Assembly (NCBI GenBank): GCA_963807605.1
Contig: CAWECG010000001.1
Span: 73,152-137,151, forward strand
Direction: 5' to 3'
Origin: Candidatus Bathyarchaeota archaeon
GTDB taxonomy: Archaea > Thermoproteota > Bathyarchaeia > 40CM-2-53-6 > RBG-13-38-9
Length of the DNA stretch: 64,000 nucleotides
This document shows, piece by piece, positions 40,853-51,386 of the stretch. The notes beneath the pieces are model-generated. The model was given only the letters and a program-made list of their open reading frames with translations. It had not been told where the DNA came from and searched no databases. The position numbers and the translations under genes are program-made. Each line of letters opens with the position of its first letter. Within the stretch, counting starts at the first letter, position 1.

Positions 40853-41665
40853 TTGGAGCTATCTGTAATCAAAAAGGACAAAGACGTATTGCGATTCATG
40901 GTTAGCGGAGTCACTTCGGCTTTTGCGAATGCATTGCGTAGGACTATGATAGCTGAAGTTCCGACGATGGCGATTGACGATGTCATAGTAATAGAAAATA
41001 CGTCGGTCCTATTTGATGAGTTTCTGGCGCACCGATTCGGGTTAATTCCTTTGACAACTGATCTCGATGCTTATACACTTCCCGAAAAATGTGATTGCAA
41101 GAGTGAGTTGGGCTGCAACAGGTGCAGGGCCTCATTCACAATGGAGGTTGAGGCAAAAGATAAAACCACAACTATCTATTCCGGAGACCTCGCGCCTGAT
41201 AACCCCTCCATAAGACCAGTGAGCGAGAAGATACCCATTGTGAAGCTGGCGCCGGGACAGAGGCTGAAATTAGAAGCGTACGCAAAGCTTGGGCGAGGTC
41301 AAGAACACGCTAAGTGGCAACCCGTCTCCGCCTGCACCTACAAATACCTGCCGACAATCTCTATAGATACAAGCAAATGTGACGGTTGCGGTGACTGCAT
41401 AAAATACTGCCCCAAATGCGTACTGGAAATGAAAGACAAAAAACTCGTCGTAAAAGATGTGGAGGAGTGCATTCTCTGCACTGAGTGCATAAAGCGATGT
41501 TCAAAGGAACCCTGCCCGATAAAAGTCGGCTGGAGTGAAACTGATTTCATATTCCTAGTCGAATCCACAGGTTCGTTGCCTGCAACGAAGATAGTAGAAC
41601 AAGCAGCTAAACAAATTGGAGAGAAAGCCTCAGAACTCTTGCAGATTATCAAGCACGCAGCGTGA
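40853..41665 (+). CDS. rpoD: DNA-directed RNA polymerase subunit D (Rpo3), with ferredoxin-like Fe-S insert
   Basis: ANALRR..IAEVP.MAID, DEFLAHR.GLIPL, GRGQEHAKW, CxxCxxCxxxC repeats. Confidence 0.96.
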   Translation: MELSVIKKDKDVLRFMVSGVTSAFANALRRTMIAEVPTMAIDDVIVIENTSVLFDEFLAHRFGLIPLTTDLDAYTLPEKCDCKSELGCNRCRASFTMEVEAKDKTTTIYSGDLAPDNPSIRPVSEKIPIVKLAPGQRLKLEAYAKLGRGQEHAKWQPVSACTYKYLPTISIDTSKCDGCGDCIKYCPKCVLEMKDKKLVVKDVEECILCTECIKRCSKEPCPIKVGWSETDFIFLVESTGSLPATKIVEQAAKQIGEKASELLQIIKHAA

Positions 41666-41669
41666 AAAA

Positions 41670-42026
41670 ATGAAAAACAAGACTAACCTGCAACTTCTCA
41701 CACTGGCGAGACTTCTGCGTAAAGCCTCCAAGGATAACGGAGCACCAATCTGGGTTACAATATCTCGCGCAATTAGCAAGCCGAGAAAGAATATCGCACA
41801 GGTGAACATAAAGCGAATTTCGAGATTCACAAAGAATGGAGAGACAGTCGCCGTTCTGGGAAAGGTATTGGGTACAGGGGTAGTGGATCACAAAGTAACC
41901 GTTGCTGCCCTCGGCTTTTCAAATGCTGCAAGAGAGAAGATAAGAATCGCAGGCGGCAAATGTTTCACCTTCTTGGAACTTCTCGAAAGTAATCCAAAAG
42001 GTACTCACGTCAAGATTATGAGGTAA
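41670..42026 (+). CDS. rpl18e: Ribosomal protein eL18
   Basis: APIW, VN..RI.R, GKVLG.G, FS..A..KI..AGG. Confidence 0.93.
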   Translation: MKNKTNLQLLTLARLLRKASKDNGAPIWVTISRAISKPRKNIAQVNIKRISRFTKNGETVAVLGKVLGTGVVDHKVTVAALGFSNAAREKIRIAGGKCFTFLELLESNPKGTHVKIMR

Positions 42027-42034
42027 CGACACAA

Positions 42035-42481
42035 ATGTCGAACAAGCCTATAGTTATCGACGCGACAAACTTGATTCTGGGAAGAATGCTAAGCTACGCA
42101 GCAAAAAGGGCTATTGAGGGTCAGCAAGTAATTATACTAAACGTTTCAAAAGCCGTAATATCGGGTGGAAAGAGAAATATAGTCCAAAGAGCGAAGACCA
42201 AGCTAAGCACAAGAAGCCTATTGTCGCAAGATAAGGGGCCCATTCACCCGCGCAGACCTGATAATTATGCGCGACGTGCCCTCAGGGGGATGTTGCCCTT
42301 CAAGAAACCTTCTGGAAAGGAAGCTTACAAAAGAGTCAGCGTGTACTTCGATACACCGAGTCGTTATGCTCAGGAACCGCGACAGACTATTCCCGGCGCT
42401 CAAGCTTCGAAACTAAAGTGCCGTTTCATTCTTCTAGAGGAATACTCAAAAGAGATAGGAGGACGTATTTCAAGTGAGTGA
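42035..42481 (+). CDS. rpl13: Ribosomal protein uL13
   Basis: IDA....LGR..S..AK, GP.HPRRPD, RGMLP. Confidence 0.95.
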   Translation: MSNKPIVIDATNLILGRMLSYAAKRAIEGQQVIILNVSKAVISGGKRNIVQRAKTKLSTRSLLSQDKGPIHPRRPDNYARRALRGMLPFKKPSGKEAYKRVSVYFDTPSRYAQEPRQTIPGAQASKLKCRFILLEEYSKEIGGRISSE

Positions 42482-42884
42482 GAAAAGAAAAGTTCTAACC
42501 GTCAGCGGAAAGAGAAAGACAGCAATTGCCAAAGCGGTCGTAAGAACTGGGAGAGGGCGTGTCACTTTCAACAACTACCCCTTGAACCTTGTGACACCAG
42601 AAACCGCACGGGCTAAGATTATGGAACCCCTGGCATTAGCTGGAGAAAGGGCGAAAGGTATGGACATCAGTGTTGAAGCACACGGAGGAGGGGTGATAGG
42701 CCAAGCTGAGGCTGCAAGGATGGCGATAACCCGAGCCCTTCTTCGGTGGACGAAGAGCGCTCAACTCAGACGTGTCTTGAGAAACCAAGATAGAACTATG
42801 CTAGCCGGGGATCCCAGACGATCAGAATCGAAGAAGTTCGGTGGTCCAGGAGCCCGAAGAAGGAAACAGAAGTCGTATCGATAG
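42474..42884 (+). CDS. rps9: Ribosomal protein uS9
   Basis: GKRKTAIA, GGG..GQA.A.R, DPRR.E.KKFGGPGAR...QKSYR. Confidence 0.97.
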   Translation: MSEKRKVLTVSGKRKTAIAKAVVRTGRGRVTFNNYPLNLVTPETARAKIMEPLALAGERAKGMDISVEAHGGGVIGQAEAARMAITRALLRWTKSAQLRRVLRNQDRTMLAGDPRRSESKKFGGPGARRRKQKSYR

Positions 42885-42932
42885 ACACGTTTGCATAGCG
42901 CAAAATTATGGTGACCATCTGGAGGACATGTT

Positions 42933-43154
42933 ATGATAATGCCTGTTCGCTGTTTCACCTGTGGTAAGCTGGTAGCCGACAAATGGGAGGAATTCTCGAG
43001 CAGGGTAAAGTCTGGAGAGGAACCTAAGAAAGTTCTTGATGAACTTGGCATCACCAGATATTGTTGCAGAAGAATGTTCATCTCACACGTGGACGTTATC
43101 GATGATATTCTTGAGTATTCTGAAGCTACCGCCAAGAAGTCGCAAGCAACTTGA
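42933..43154 (+). CDS. rpoN: RNA polymerase subunit N (Rpo10)
   Basis: [15 protein letters not shown]. Confidence 0.97.
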   Translation: MIMPVRCFTCGKLVADKWEEFSSRVKSGEEPKKVLDELGITRYCCRRMFISHVDVIDDILEYSEATAKKSQAT

Positions 43155-43163
43155 GGATCTAAA

Positions 43164-44417
43164 ATGGATGGCTCGGCGGTAATCGAGAACGTTAAGGCGA
43201 GAAGAATCTTCGATAGCAGAGGCAATGAAGCCATCGAAGTTGACGTCATAACTAGGAAGAGCATAGGCAGATCATCCGCACCTTCCGGGGCCAGCAAAGG
43301 AAGATGGGAAGTCAAATCCTACCCAACTGGCGGTGTTATTCAAGCGATCAAGATGGTAGAAGACATTGCTGCTCCAAGGCTAACAGGCGTAGCGGTTGAT
43401 AATCCCAAACAGGTAGACGCCAAGCTCCATCAGATAGATGAATCGCGAGATTTCGCTAAGCTCGGAGGAAATACCGCCTACGCCATCTCTATCGCGTCGG
43501 CTATGGCGGGTGCAGCTTCAAAGGGAATTCACTTATTCAAACACTTGGCTGAAACATCAACTTTTGCCCTCCCTTATCCGCTTGGGAATGTAATCGGCGG
43601 AGGTCTCCATGCGAAAGGAGAAAGGACCGACATTCAGGAATTTCTAGTCCTGCCTGCAAGCTCAAGAAACTTTGCTGAGGCAGCTTCAGCCAACATAAGA
43701 GTACACAGAGAGGTTGCCGGCCTAATTGAAGATGAAGGGGTTAAGCTAGCGGGAAGAGGTGACGAGGGCGCTTGGGTAGTGCCCCTAAAGACCGAACAGG
43801 TGTTGGAGATACTGTCGAAGGCTTGCAGTCGTATCGCAGACGAGACCGGCGTAAAACTGGGAATTGGTCTCGACGTGGCATCCTCAACGATATGGAATGA
43901 AAAAGATGGGGTATACGCCTACCAGAGAGACAAGAGGCGATTGGACACCGGCGACCAGATCGACTTCATAGTTAATCTTGTCAGGGACTACAAGCTTGTT
44001 TATGTGGAGGATCCTCTCGATGAGGAATCGTTTCAATCATTTTCGGAATTGACGGCCAAAGTTCGTGGCACCCTGATTTGCGGAGACGATCTGTTCACCA
44101 CAAACATCGAACGTTTGAAAAGAGGCATAAAAGAAAAGGCTGGAAACGCTATTATAATAAAGCCAAATCAGGTAGGAACCATCACCGATGCTTTTGCTAC
44201 TGCCAAACTGGCAAAGGAAGCAAATTACACCTGCGTAGTCTCTCATCGTTCAGGAGAGAGTTGCGGGCACGAGATTGCACATATTGCCCTCGCACTTAAC
44301 GCTCCAGTCATCAAGGCTGGCGTGCTGGGCGGGGAACGAATTGCCAAGATAAATGAGTTAATAAGGATAGAGGAAGTTCTTGGTGAACAGGCTAGGATGG
44401 CCGATACAAGAATATAG
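43164..44417 (+). CDS. eno: Enolase
   Basis: DSRGN, APSGAS.G, DIQEF, GDEG, EDP, GDDLF.TN, KPNQ.G, SHRSGE, ERIAK.NEL.RIEE. Confidence 0.95.
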   Translation: MDGSAVIENVKARRIFDSRGNEAIEVDVITRKSIGRSSAPSGASKGRWEVKSYPTGGVIQAIKMVEDIAAPRLTGVAVDNPKQVDAKLHQIDESRDFAKLGGNTAYAISIASAMAGAASKGIHLFKHLAETSTFALPYPLGNVIGGGLHAKGERTDIQEFLVLPASSRNFAEAASANIRVHREVAGLIEDEGVKLAGRGDEGAWVVPLKTEQVLEILSKACSRIADETGVKLGIGLDVASSTIWNEKDGVYAYQRDKRRLDTGDQIDFIVNLVRDYKLVYVEDPLDEESFQSFSELTAKVRGTLICGDDLFTTNIERLKRGIKEKAGNAIIIKPNQVGTITDAFATAKLAKEANYTCVVSHRSGESCGHEIAHIALALNAPVIKAGVLGGERIAKINELIRIEEVLGEQARMADTRI

Positions 44418-44425
44418 GTGTCAAG

Positions 44426-45088
44426 ATGAGCGCAATAGAAAAGGAAGAGATACCGAAGGCTGATGACCTCCTTCAACCTTTGGAGGAGCTTCTCGCAGCA
44501 GGCCTCCACATAGGAACACGGGTAAAGACAGGTGATATGGAGAAGCACATCTTCCGCGTCAGACCTGATGGGCTTTTCATACTGAATATAGGCAAGACTG
44601 ATGAACGGATTAGATTAGCCTCTAAGTTCATAAGCAGATTCGACTCCTCACGGGTGGTCGTTGTCTCGTCAAGACTCTACGGCAGGACGCCCGTGGAGAA
44701 ATTCTGCGAGTTGACGAGATGTATGCCTATTGTTGGCAGGTTTATGCCTGGGTTGATCTCAAATCCTCTCCAACCCAAACACACCGAGCCTCAACTTGTA
44801 ATTGTAACAGACCCAAGGGCTGACTTTCAAGCAATAAAGGAAGCCTCGGTAGCAGGAGTTCCAGTAATTGCTCTTTGCGACACGGACAATGCGTTGAGCG
44901 GCGTCGACCTAGCCATTCCAGTTAATAACAAGGGAAGAAAATCCTTAGCCATGGTATTTTGGCTACTCGCTAGGCAGGTTCTTCGCGACAGAGGGGAGAT
45001 ACCGGCTGACGGTGGAGTCACTCAGACGGTAGATGACTTCGAAACCAAGCTTACCGCGATAACGCCCAAGTACGGCGTTGAGGATTGA
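44426..45088 (+). CDS. rps2: Ribosomal protein uS2
   Basis: AAG.HIGT, R.DG, GRF.PG..SNP, TDPRAD.QA..EA, P.NNKG. Confidence 0.96.
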   Translation: MSAIEKEEIPKADDLLQPLEELLAAGLHIGTRVKTGDMEKHIFRVRPDGLFILNIGKTDERIRLASKFISRFDSSRVVVVSSRLYGRTPVEKFCELTRCMPIVGRFMPGLISNPLQPKHTEPQLVIVTDPRADFQAIKEASVAGVPVIALCDTDNALSGVDLAIPVNNKGRKSLAMVFWLLARQVLRDRGEIPADGGVTQTVDDFETKLTAITPKYGVED

Positions 45089-45933
45089 ATATACGCAGGC
45101 CTGCGCAAGCAGGAGTATTCTACGCTGGCTCAGCCAGTTCTCTCAGAAAGGAGATCGAAGGCTGCTTTGAGCATAAATTTGGACCTGGGAGACTGCCCGA
45201 AAAACGACAGAATGATTTGACCCAGATAGTGGCGTTAGTCTGCCCACACGCAGGCTACGAATACTCCGGCCCGGTCGCGGCTGCAGCGTACTCGGAGCTC
45301 GCGAAGCATGGCAAGCCGAAGAAGATAGTTATCATTGGTCCGAACCACACAGGGATGGGAAGCGGCATCTCCCTGATGAATGAAGGCAGATGGGAAACAC
45401 CCCTAGGTGAGGTCCAGATCGACTTGGAGCTAGCAGATGCGATCTTAGAAAACGCTCCAATAATCGATATGGATTATGAAGCCCATGCTCACGAGCACTC
45501 TGTTGAGGTTCAGCTACCGTTCCTTCAATACCTCTACGGGAACTCCTTCAAATTCGTACCCATCTGTATGATGATCCAAGACCTTCAAACCGGACGAGAA
45601 GTGGGTGAAGCAATAGCCAAAGTAGCCCACGAACCCGCAAGTCTTGTGGTCGCCTCATCTGACATGACACACTACGAGCCTCATGATGTCGCAAGTGAGA
45701 AGGACAGAAAAGCTATTCGGGCCATTGAAAAACTGGATGAAGTAGCATTGGAAGGAATTGTAGAGTCTGACTCGATCTCTATCTGTGGGATAGGCCCAAT
45801 AATCGCTGCTATAGCATACTCTAAAAAGCGTGGAGCTACAGCAGGAAAACTGCTCTCCTATAAGACAAGTGGAGATATTTCAGGAGACTATTCTTCTGTC
45901 GTAGGTTACGCGTCGATCTCCTTTTCAACGTAG
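45085..45933 (+). CDS. MEMO1/AmmeMemoRadiSam protein B family
   Basis: RRPA.AG.FY, PHAGY.YSG, GPNH, EHS.EVQLPFLQ, ASSD.THY, CG.GP, VVGY. Confidence 0.93.
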   Translation: MNIRRPAQAGVFYAGSASSLRKEIEGCFEHKFGPGRLPEKRQNDLTQIVALVCPHAGYEYSGPVAAAAYSELAKHGKPKKIVIIGPNHTGMGSGISLMNEGRWETPLGEVQIDLELADAILENAPIIDMDYEAHAHEHSVEVQLPFLQYLYGNSFKFVPICMMIQDLQTGREVGEAIAKVAHEPASLVVASSDMTHYEPHDVASEKDRKAIRAIEKLDEVALEGIVESDSISICGIGPIIAAIAYSKKRGATAGKLLSYKTSGDISGDYSSVVGYASISFST

Positions 45934-45958
45934 CCTCGACCAAGTGTGACGCTTAGAA

Positions 45959-46939
45959 TTGGTAATCACCTACGCTCCCGCCAAGGTCATAATAACAGGA
46001 GAGCACTTTGTAGTCCATGGACAACCAGCTCTGTCTGCGGCAGTCAGCCTTTATTCAAGAGTGGCTGTTGATGCAGGTACGACAGGCACTATCAAGATAT
46101 CATCTCCAAACCTCGGAGTCAGCGATATATTTTCAACGGCGCAGATTGGCGACAAAGACCTTTCGACTTCAGCAAGGTCAACCCTTGAGCCCTTAAGGCG
46201 TGTTGTAATGGCTGTGTTGGAAAGAGCTATGCGAACAGATCAGGGCTTAGTGGTTGAAGTCACCTCCCACATACCAGTGGGGGTCGGCCTAGGGTCGTCA
46301 GCATCCACGGCGGTTTCAACTGCCTTCGCCGTGGCTAGGTTTCTAGATCTCAGAATCGACAGGAGTGAGGTCTGTGAACTCGCTTCCGTTCAAGAGCAAA
46401 TCATACACAAGAAGCCTTCAGGAATCGATTCTACTACAGCCGCCCGTGGAGGCGTCATTCTATTCAAGATCGGAGAGTCGCCAGCGAGTCTCCCACAGCG
46501 CGATCAGTTCAGAATAGTCGTAGGGAATACCGGAAAGGAAAGATCAACAGGAGACCTCGTGAGTGCAATAACTAGACGAGTAGAAGTAGGCGACAAGGAT
46601 CTTGCCAGAATTAGTGAGGCAGCGGGAATGCTAACACATGAAGCAGTGCACGCCTACGAGAAAGGAGATTTTCATAGGCTGGGTGAATTAATGGATGCCA
46701 ATCATGAACTGCTAGTGAAAATAGGTGTCTCTACCCCTCAACTTGACAGACTGGTAAAGGTCGCCAAAAGTGCCGGCGCACTAGGGGCAAAATTGACAGG
46801 AGCCGGTGGCGGAGGCTGCATGATAGCTCTCTCTCGACCTGAAGACTCCACAAAGATTGCAGAGGCTATAGCTGATGCTGGAGCCAAGCCTTATCTAGTT
46901 GGTATAGACTGGTCGGGTGTTCGAGAACTATCCCAATGA
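45959..46939 (+). CDS. mvk: Mevalonate kinase
   Basis: APAKVI..GEH.VV.G.PA, IP.G.GLGSSA, PSG.D, GAKLTGAGGGG. Confidence 0.93.
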   Translation: MVITYAPAKVIITGEHFVVHGQPALSAAVSLYSRVAVDAGTTGTIKISSPNLGVSDIFSTAQIGDKDLSTSARSTLEPLRRVVMAVLERAMRTDQGLVVEVTSHIPVGVGLGSSASTAVSTAFAVARFLDLRIDRSEVCELASVQEQIIHKKPSGIDSTTAARGGVILFKIGESPASLPQRDQFRIVVGNTGKERSTGDLVSAITRRVEVGDKDLARISEAAGMLTHEAVHAYEKGDFHRLGELMDANHELLVKIGVSTPQLDRLVKVAKSAGALGAKLTGAGGGGCMIALSRPEDSTKIAEAIADAGAKPYLVGIDWSGVRELSQ

Positions 46940-47023
46940 ACAGAAAGATAGGTGCCGATAAGACCCACCTCTCAACTTGGCGCTGACCTCCAAGCTACAC
47001 CCGAATGTACGGTAAGAGCAGAA

Positions 47024-48121
47024 ATGTCGAAGAAGATCGAAAGCAGGAAGAAGGGTCACCTAGAGATATCCTTGAAAGAGAAGGTAGAGGCGTTTATCAG
47101 CGCCGGATTTGAAGACGTGATAATGATACATCGAGCCCTTCCAGAGATCGCCAGATCCGACATAGATACATCAGTGAAGCTCTTCGGTCACACTCTGGGT
47201 GCTCCACTCATACTGGAACCTATGACCGGCGGAGTAACCGAAGCGACCAAGATAAACAGACTCTTGGGGAAATGCGCCCAACGATACGGACTTGCAGTAG
47301 GCGTTGGAAGTCAACGAGCTGCGATAGAGAACCCTAAATTGACGAGGACCTACAGCATAGTCAGAGAAAATGCGGCAAACGCATTTGTCTTCGCAAATCT
47401 CGGGTGTCCGCAGTTTGCAGCCGGCTACGGGGTCGAGGAAGCTGAGGCGGCTGTCGAGATGGTTAAAGCCGATGCAATCATGATTCATTCCAATCCGCTT
47501 CAGGAATCGATTCAGATAGAGGGAGAACCAGACTTCAGAAGAGTCCTGTCAAAGTTGGGAGAGCTAACTTCAGCGCTCAAGGTTCCCGTAGTAATCAAAG
47601 AGACTGGATCGGGAATCTCAGGTGAGGTTGCATCCCAAATTGAAAGAGCAGGCGCCAAAGGGATTGACGTTGCCGGCACAGGAGGAACTAGCTGGGCGGC
47701 AGTCGAATTCTTTAGAGCAATCAAGAGTGGAGACCAACTACAACAGGCACTTGGACGAACTTTCCGAGACTGGGGGATACCTACGTGTGTGAGCATAGTA
47801 GAAGCCTCAAGATCGACCAATCTGACAGTAATTGCCTCAGGGGGTCTGAGAACCGGACTTGATATTGCAAAGTCAATAGCGCTGGGCGCCACCGCTGGAG
47901 GAGTAGCCCTCCCTATGCTCAAGGCAGCATCACGCGGCGACAGACACCTAAATGAGATGGCGGAGACGCTCATCGAAGAGTTGAGAACAGCGATGTTCCT
48001 AGTTGGAGCAAGAAATATCGGTGAACTAAGAAAGGTGCCACTTATCCTAAGCGGAAGGACAGCTCACTGGTTGAATGAACGGGGATACGAGACCAGCGAT
48101 TATGCACGAAGAAGAACCTAG
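47024..48121 (+). CDS. fni: Type 2 isopentenyl-diphosphate isomerase
   Basis: RK..H, MTGG, GVGSQR, H.NPLQE..Q.EG, KETG.G, G.GGTSW, WGIPT, ASGG.R.G. Start placed at ATG 47024. Confidence 0.95.
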   Translation: MSKKIESRKKGHLEISLKEKVEAFISAGFEDVIMIHRALPEIARSDIDTSVKLFGHTLGAPLILEPMTGGVTEATKINRLLGKCAQRYGLAVGVGSQRAAIENPKLTRTYSIVRENAANAFVFANLGCPQFAAGYGVEEAEAAVEMVKADAIMIHSNPLQESIQIEGEPDFRRVLSKLGELTSALKVPVVIKETGSGISGEVASQIERAGAKGIDVAGTGGTSWAAVEFFRAIKSGDQLQQALGRTFRDWGIPTCVSIVEASRSTNLTVIASGGLRTGLDIAKSIALGATAGGVALPMLKAASRGDRHLNEMAETLIEELRTAMFLVGARNIGELRKVPLILSGRTAHWLNERGYETSDYARRRT

Positions 48122-48212
48122 CCAGTGAACTGAGATCCTTGCTTCTGTCAGCGTTTTCTATCTCATTTATTAATCGCCACCGATCCATAGGGAAATTGGC
48201 GGGAAGACGGTT

Positions 48213-49481
48213 ATGAGAACTTCACAGCTTGCAGGATTCTACAAGCTCTCTCCAGCTGAACGGTTGAAACTCCTTGAAGAATTTGCTGATCTGGCTGGAG
48301 ATGAAGCACAAACCCTTCAATCCACAGGCTCACTCGACATTAATGTTGCAAACCGGATGATTGAAAATGTCGTCGGAGTCACTCCCGTGCCTCTAGGTAT
48401 CGCCACAAATTTTCTCATAAATGGAAGGGATTACCTTATTCCGATGGCGATCGAAGAACCTTCTGTTGTAGCTGCAGCGAGCAATGCCGCAAAGATTGCT
48501 AGGCCGAAAGGTGGATTCACCGCGAGCAGTGCTCAACCCGTGATGATCGGTCAAATACAGGTCCTCAACATTCCCGATCCCCACGGGGCAAGAATGGTCC
48601 TACTCTCTCGTAAGGAGGAGATCTTGACTAAAGCGAACGAACAAGACCCGATCTTGGTATCGAAGGGTGGCGGGGCAAAAGACCTTCGATGTAAGGTTCT
48701 CAACACGATTGTCGGACAAATGGTCGTTGTTGAGCTTCTAGTAGACTGCAAAGATGCAATGGGTGCCAATGCTGTCAACACCATGGCCGAAGCTGTAGCT
48801 CCAACGGTTGAAGAGCTGACTGAAGGAAAAGTAAACCTCAGGATCATCTCCAACTTGGCAACAGAGAGGCTTGCGCGTGCAAAAGCAACCTTCTCAAAGT
48901 CTGCACTTGGAGGTGAGCAGGTTGTAGATGGCGTAGTAAACGCCTACGCGTTCGCATTAGCAGATCCATATCGTTGCGCGACTCACAACAAGGGAATAAT
49001 GAACGGAATTTCGGCAGTTGTATTGGCGACCGGAAACGATACTAGAGCTGTCGAGGCAGGTGCGCACAGCTACGCAGCGCTACACGGCGGCTATACCCCG
49101 CTTAGTACGTGGGAGAAGAACCATGAGGGAGACCTTGTCGGTACTATCGAGATGCCCATGGCGGTCGGACTTATTGGAGGCGCGACAGCCACAAACCCTG
49201 TAGCGAAGATCGCTGTCAAGATCCTAGGTGTAAGGACAGCGGCCGAACTTGCCCAAGTTGTTGTGTCCGTTGGTCTTGCACAGAACCTCGCCGCTCTGAG
49301 AGCGCTAGCGACTGAAGGAATACAGAGAGGCCATATGACTCTCCATGCAAGAAACATAGCTTCGATGGCGGGCGCTACCGGCGAGATGATAGACGCGGTC
49401 TCCGAGATCATGGTCAAGGAGAGACGGGTCAGAATGGACAGAGCCAAGGAAATCCTTGAAGAAATAACACGCAAGAAGTGA
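48213..49481 (+). CDS. HMG-CoA reductase, class II (MvaA type)
   Basis: GFYK....R, MIEN, EEPSVVAA, DAMGAN..NT, ATHNKG.MNG, QN.AALRAL..EGIQRGHM.LH. Confidence 0.94.
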   Translation: MRTSQLAGFYKLSPAERLKLLEEFADLAGDEAQTLQSTGSLDINVANRMIENVVGVTPVPLGIATNFLINGRDYLIPMAIEEPSVVAAASNAAKIARPKGGFTASSAQPVMIGQIQVLNIPDPHGARMVLLSRKEEILTKANEQDPILVSKGGGAKDLRCKVLNTIVGQMVVVELLVDCKDAMGANAVNTMAEAVAPTVEELTEGKVNLRIISNLATERLARAKATFSKSALGGEQVVDGVVNAYAFALADPYRCATHNKGIMNGISAVVLATGNDTRAVEAGAHSYAALHGGYTPLSTWEKNHEGDLVGTIEMPMAVGLIGGATATNPVAKIAVKILGVRTAAELAQVVVSVGLAQNLAALRALATEGIQRGHMTLHARNIASMAGATGEMIDAVSEIMVKERRVRMDRAKEILEEITRKK

Positions 49482-49511
49482 CACTCATATTTGTTATGAA
49501 GCTAACCGGCT

Positions 49512-50357
49512 TCACATGTCTCCAACAATGCCCGCTACAAAAGCAAGCAGACCGAAGCACATCCAGATCAAGACCCTGTTCTTCGATAGTCTGGCGTTAC
49601 GTTGGTCATATCTTCTAATCAATGAGAAGCTGGAAGTGACGAATCCTATGTCAGAGACTGCGACCGGTGGGATGTATCCTATTTTGACCAGTCCCAGCGC
49701 TGGTGGTGCGAAACTCATGCTAACTGCGGCCAGGTAAAGCACTGCAGCTAGCCGAGAGGCGGTTTTGGGACCGTAGACAACAGCAATTGTATTGACCTTT
49801 CTTGAACGATCCCCTTCCACATCCACTATGCCCTTCGTCACCTCCCTGCCGAGATTGGCCGTGAAAGAGTTCAAGGCGAAGAGGATGAGAAGGGGAGCCA
49901 TCTTTCCTACAACTGCTCCGCCAAATATGAAAGGAAGGCCGATGCATACGCTTACAAGCACATTCCCGAAGAAGCCTGTCCTCTTCCCGCGGGTGTTGTA
50001 GTAGATCATTAGAGAAAGTGCGAAGGCAGCTATTATCCAGCTACTCACATTAAGCCATGCCGCAGTCGCTAAGCCGACTGAACAGGCAATCAAACTTATG
50101 GCTAAAACCTCTCGCGAGGTGAGAGTTCCAGATGGCAGCGGCCTTCTTGGACTATTGATCCTATCTATTTCAAGATCGTAGTAATCATTCATCGCCATTG
50201 TTCCGGCCATCAAGAAAAAGCCGGTTAGGAAACCTAAAGCAGAGCTGCCCAACTGAGGGGCTTCCGCCAGCGCGATGACTTCTCCGATAATTACTGCAAG
50301 GCCCATCATGACGCAGTTGATTGGCCTGATTATTTTGAGAGCGGCGATTGACTTCAA
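49512..50357 (-). CDS. Digeranylgeranylglyceryl-phosphate synthase (UbiA family)
   Basis: IRP.N, NDYYD.EID.IN.P.RPLPSG, REV.K.I.D.EGD. Start placed at TTG 50357. Confidence 0.9.
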   Translation of the reverse strand: MKSIAALKIIRPINCVMMGLAVIIGEVIALAEAPQLGSSALGFLTGFFLMAGTMAMNDYYDLEIDRINSPRRPLPSGTLTSREVLAISLIACSVGLATAAWLNVSSWIIAAFALSLMIYYNTRGKRTGFFGNVLVSVCIGLPFIFGGAVVGKMAPLLILFALNSFTANLGREVTKGIVDVEGDRSRKVNTIAVVYGPKTASRLAAVLYLAAVSMSFAPPALGLVKIGYIPPVAVSDIGFVTSSFSLIRRYDQRNARLSKNRVLIWMCFGLLAFVAGIVGDM

Positions 50358-50609
50358 GAACCATGTCCTATCAGAAATAGGAATAAGTGGTGGCTTGGCC
50401 AATGTTTGGATGCAACCTAGTGCTGGCTTGAATAAAGTATCAATGGCTCTATAAGACTGATCCATCAGGTATTCGACACAGTTGTTCCAAATGATGGCAA
50501 TTCTGCCTGAATGGATCGGGAAACAGATAAATGGGTTGAGTCTATGTGAGCAGGTTCATATGATTATGGATGGTGATTCAACGGTTGAGTTTCTGGAATT
50601 CTAATAAGT

Positions 50610-51386
50610 GTGAAGACGTCAATAATTGGTGAATCATCAATGATAGGCAAGACTGAAAAGCGTCTCATGGATGCCGTTGCGACAAACGGTACTATTCATC
50701 TATCTTTGATAGATCCCCAAAACCTCACGTCGGAAGCGGCAGGGGAGCTCGCAATCAAACTCCATGATTTAGGATCCTCTGGGATTATAGTTGGGGGAAG
50801 CACTGTTGTCTCTCAACGCGAACTCGATCAAGTTGTGAAAGAGATTAAGAAAAAGACAAATCTTCCAACGATTCTTTTTCCGAATGGCATAACGGGGATT
50901 AGTGAGTATGCGGATGCTATATTCTTTTCAACATTGATGAACTCCTTCAATCCCTACTATATAATGGGCGTCCAAGCGCTCGGTGCTCCCTTGGTAAAAC
51001 GCTACCGCTTGGAGCCAATACCGATGGGATACATAATAGTGGGTTCGGATTCAGGCGCAGCAGGATTTGTGGGCCAAGCTTTACCAATACCGCGAGACAA
51101 GCCTGAATTGGCATCGATGTATGCGATGGCGGCAGAGTTCCTTGGCATGCGTTTCGTATATCTTGAGGCTGGCTCAGGATCGGATAGGTCAGTGCCCACA
51201 GATATGATCAGACAGGTAAGGAAGTCTACAGGTGTCAAATTGATTGTGGGGGGAGGAATAAGAACTCCCGAACAAGTACAGGAGATTGCCGGAGCTGGCG
51301 CCGACCTTATTGTTACTGGAACAGTAATTGAGCAGTCTTCTATCGAGGATACTGGAAAACTCATTGCAAGCCTTCGCAGACGCTAA
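50610..51386 (+). CDS. Geranylgeranylglyceryl-phosphate synthase
   Basis: LIDP, VGGS, ILFP, YLEAGSG, VGGGIR, GAD..VTG. Confidence 0.93.
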   Translation: MKTSIIGESSMIGKTEKRLMDAVATNGTIHLSLIDPQNLTSEAAGELAIKLHDLGSSGIIVGGSTVVSQRELDQVVKEIKKKTNLPTILFPNGITGISEYADAIFFSTLMNSFNPYYIMGVQALGAPLVKRYRLEPIPMGYIIVGSDSGAAGFVGQALPIPRDKPELASMYAMAAEFLGMRFVYLEAGSGSDRSVPTDMIRQVRKSTGVKLIVGGGIRTPEQVQEIAGAGADLIVTGTVIEQSSIEDTGKLIASLRRR